Shown here: one piece after another, positions 62,485-64,000 of the stretch | Numbering within the stretch: the stretch's first letter is position 1 | Layout of the letters: each line of letters opens with the position of its first letter | From: Macrostomum lignano | Lineage: Eukaryota | Direction: 5' to 3' | Assembly (NCBI GenBank): GCA_002269645.1 | Contig: NIVC01003519.1 | Coordinates: 29,601 to 93,600, forward strand | Length of the DNA: 64,000 bases | Translations under genes and position numbers: made by a program | Notes under the pieces: model-generated | The model's input: only the letters and a program-made list of their open reading frames with translations | Database searches by the model: none | Told to the model about the DNA's origin: nothing

Positions 62485-64000
62485 CTGAAAAAATTAAAAC
62501 GTACGTCCCTCGTTAGACATCAGATTCTGTTTTTCAGTGTTTTCCGTGGAATTGCTAGTCGAACTATTGGAATGATAAAAATTCAAGATCCGATTGTTAA
62601 GCGTACTAATTAATCTGTCAAATATTCAGCGCGTCATAAACTGCTTGACAGTTAGTGAAGGCTGCATTGATGATGATTGCGCGTAATTAACAACTGTCAA
62701 CTATGAGAAATCGATGATGAAAAATTGGGGATTCAATATTTATGTTACAATTAAAATATAAATCAACGGATTTTTAATTAGAAAAACCGCTCTGGTGTAG
62801 GTGAACTACGTATTAAATTGATTTACCGTACTGTCGAGTAGCTACGCTCGTAATTATGGCTTATAGAAAAAAACTACAATAATTGTGATCAACAATGTAG
62901 AAGCAAAATTTCGCGATGAACAATATGCATCGTTAAACTAGTTTTAACGAAGTCCCAGGCGTTGTGATTGGCTACGGAGTAATTTCTACTATAATGCCCT
63001 AATTAATAAATCCGGTAAACAAATTGCTTTGATAAATTGATCATTTGCAGTGAATTTCTAACTCCCTTAGACTTCTTTAGAGTAAAAACTGTTCTTAATG
63101 CAAATCTTTCGGGGGATAAAAAGTTTAGCTAGGACTCCGTAAAAATTGGAACTCCGTAATTGATCGGAGTTGATCTTTACTCCGTAAAGATCACACAAAA
63201 GCAACAATCCAAAACTGTTCTTGTACAGTTGTTCGTTCAGCTTCGGTTAATCTATTTTATAAAACTTCAGTAAAAACGAATATGTGAGAAAACCCCTAAT
63301 CTCTGACGCAATAAAAATATTAAAATATTACTCAAATTACTAGCACATAAATACTCATTACTGTTAATAGTTTCAAAAATACTGGTAAGTTAGTTTTCAA
63401 CTACCTTTCAGAGGAAATTTTATAGAAAGAATTAAAAAGTTATGATAAAACTTGGCGTGAAAAGCATGAGTCGTGTATCGGGAAGCGGTGAGGCCAATAA
63501 AATTAGAGAAAAAATCTAAACTTATATTAGCTGGCTAGACTCGCAGGTTCAATTAACTGGCAAATTTTTCCGCTTAAATTAGTCAATACGAGCGTAGATT
63601 TCTACGAAGAAATTAAATTACCAGTTCTCAGTGCGTGAAGCCAGAATACTGAAATTCGAATTTGTTGCGAAAATGAAACAGAAAAAACCAATTTACAAAA
63701 GCGGAACGGATTAAAGATTCAGTTCCACATGCGCTGGGGCAAAATTAGTTTTTGTTAAAGTTCTCACATCAGAGTAGTTTAAACAAACGCCAGAAAAAAC
63801 GTAGTTTTTTAAACAAAGCAAAAAGGTCAAATATTCCAAATCTTCATGCCAAGTCTTCATGCTGAAACAAACTGAACGATTTTGAATGAATTCAAAACGA
63901 ATTTCGAGACTCACTTAGTAAGGATAAAACAAAACCAAGTTCGTCATTCAGACTACCAATTCTATTTAGTGGAGCAGACAAACGACCTCATGATATTTTT

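Noticed and set aside
62960-63190. Short palindromes around CTCCGTAA/TACGGAG (for example GATCTTTACTCCGTAAAGATC)
   Set aside because: Too short and few to distinguish from chance or an old transposon remnant.

Overview
This is intron-rich eukaryotic (animal) genomic DNA with GT-AG introns, AT-rich introns and GC-richer exons, packed with micro- and minisatellites. Gene style and repeat load suggest an invertebrate, possibly a free-living flatworm, but that is inference. Splicing the sequence by hand gives the following genes: (1) a NWD1/NWD2-like DUF4062-NACHT-WD40 gene on the minus strand, at least 12 exons and ~1,595 aa, running off the left edge; (2) a 10-exon bifunctional AASS (LKR/SDH) gene with an apparent 1-nt frameshift; (3) two tandem paralogous genes for two-domain Ly6/uPAR-like, probably GPI-anchored proteins; (4) a secreted WSC+PAN/apple-like protein; (5) a divergent head-to-head pair of SLC26/STAS transporters, one with an apparent 1-nt frameshift; (6) the 3' end of an unidentified minus-strand gene. 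Mobile DNA includes a young Foldback/MULE-type element with a 9-bp TSD, two complementary Crypton-like tyrosine-recombinase relics, a Harbinger-like and other MITEs, and two tRNA-SINE families. Most long ORFs in the supplied track are repeat artefacts. There is no CRISPR array, rRNA or prokaryotic system. The best leads are four. Both SLC26 paralogs lack the conserved TM10 arginine and have a remodelled TM3 motif. A dispersed intronic minisatellite has a unit that reads as branch point + AG|GT. The Crypton-like relic carries a hairpin plus nested inverted repeats. AP-1-site-containing satellites were co-duplicated with the Ly6-like genes.
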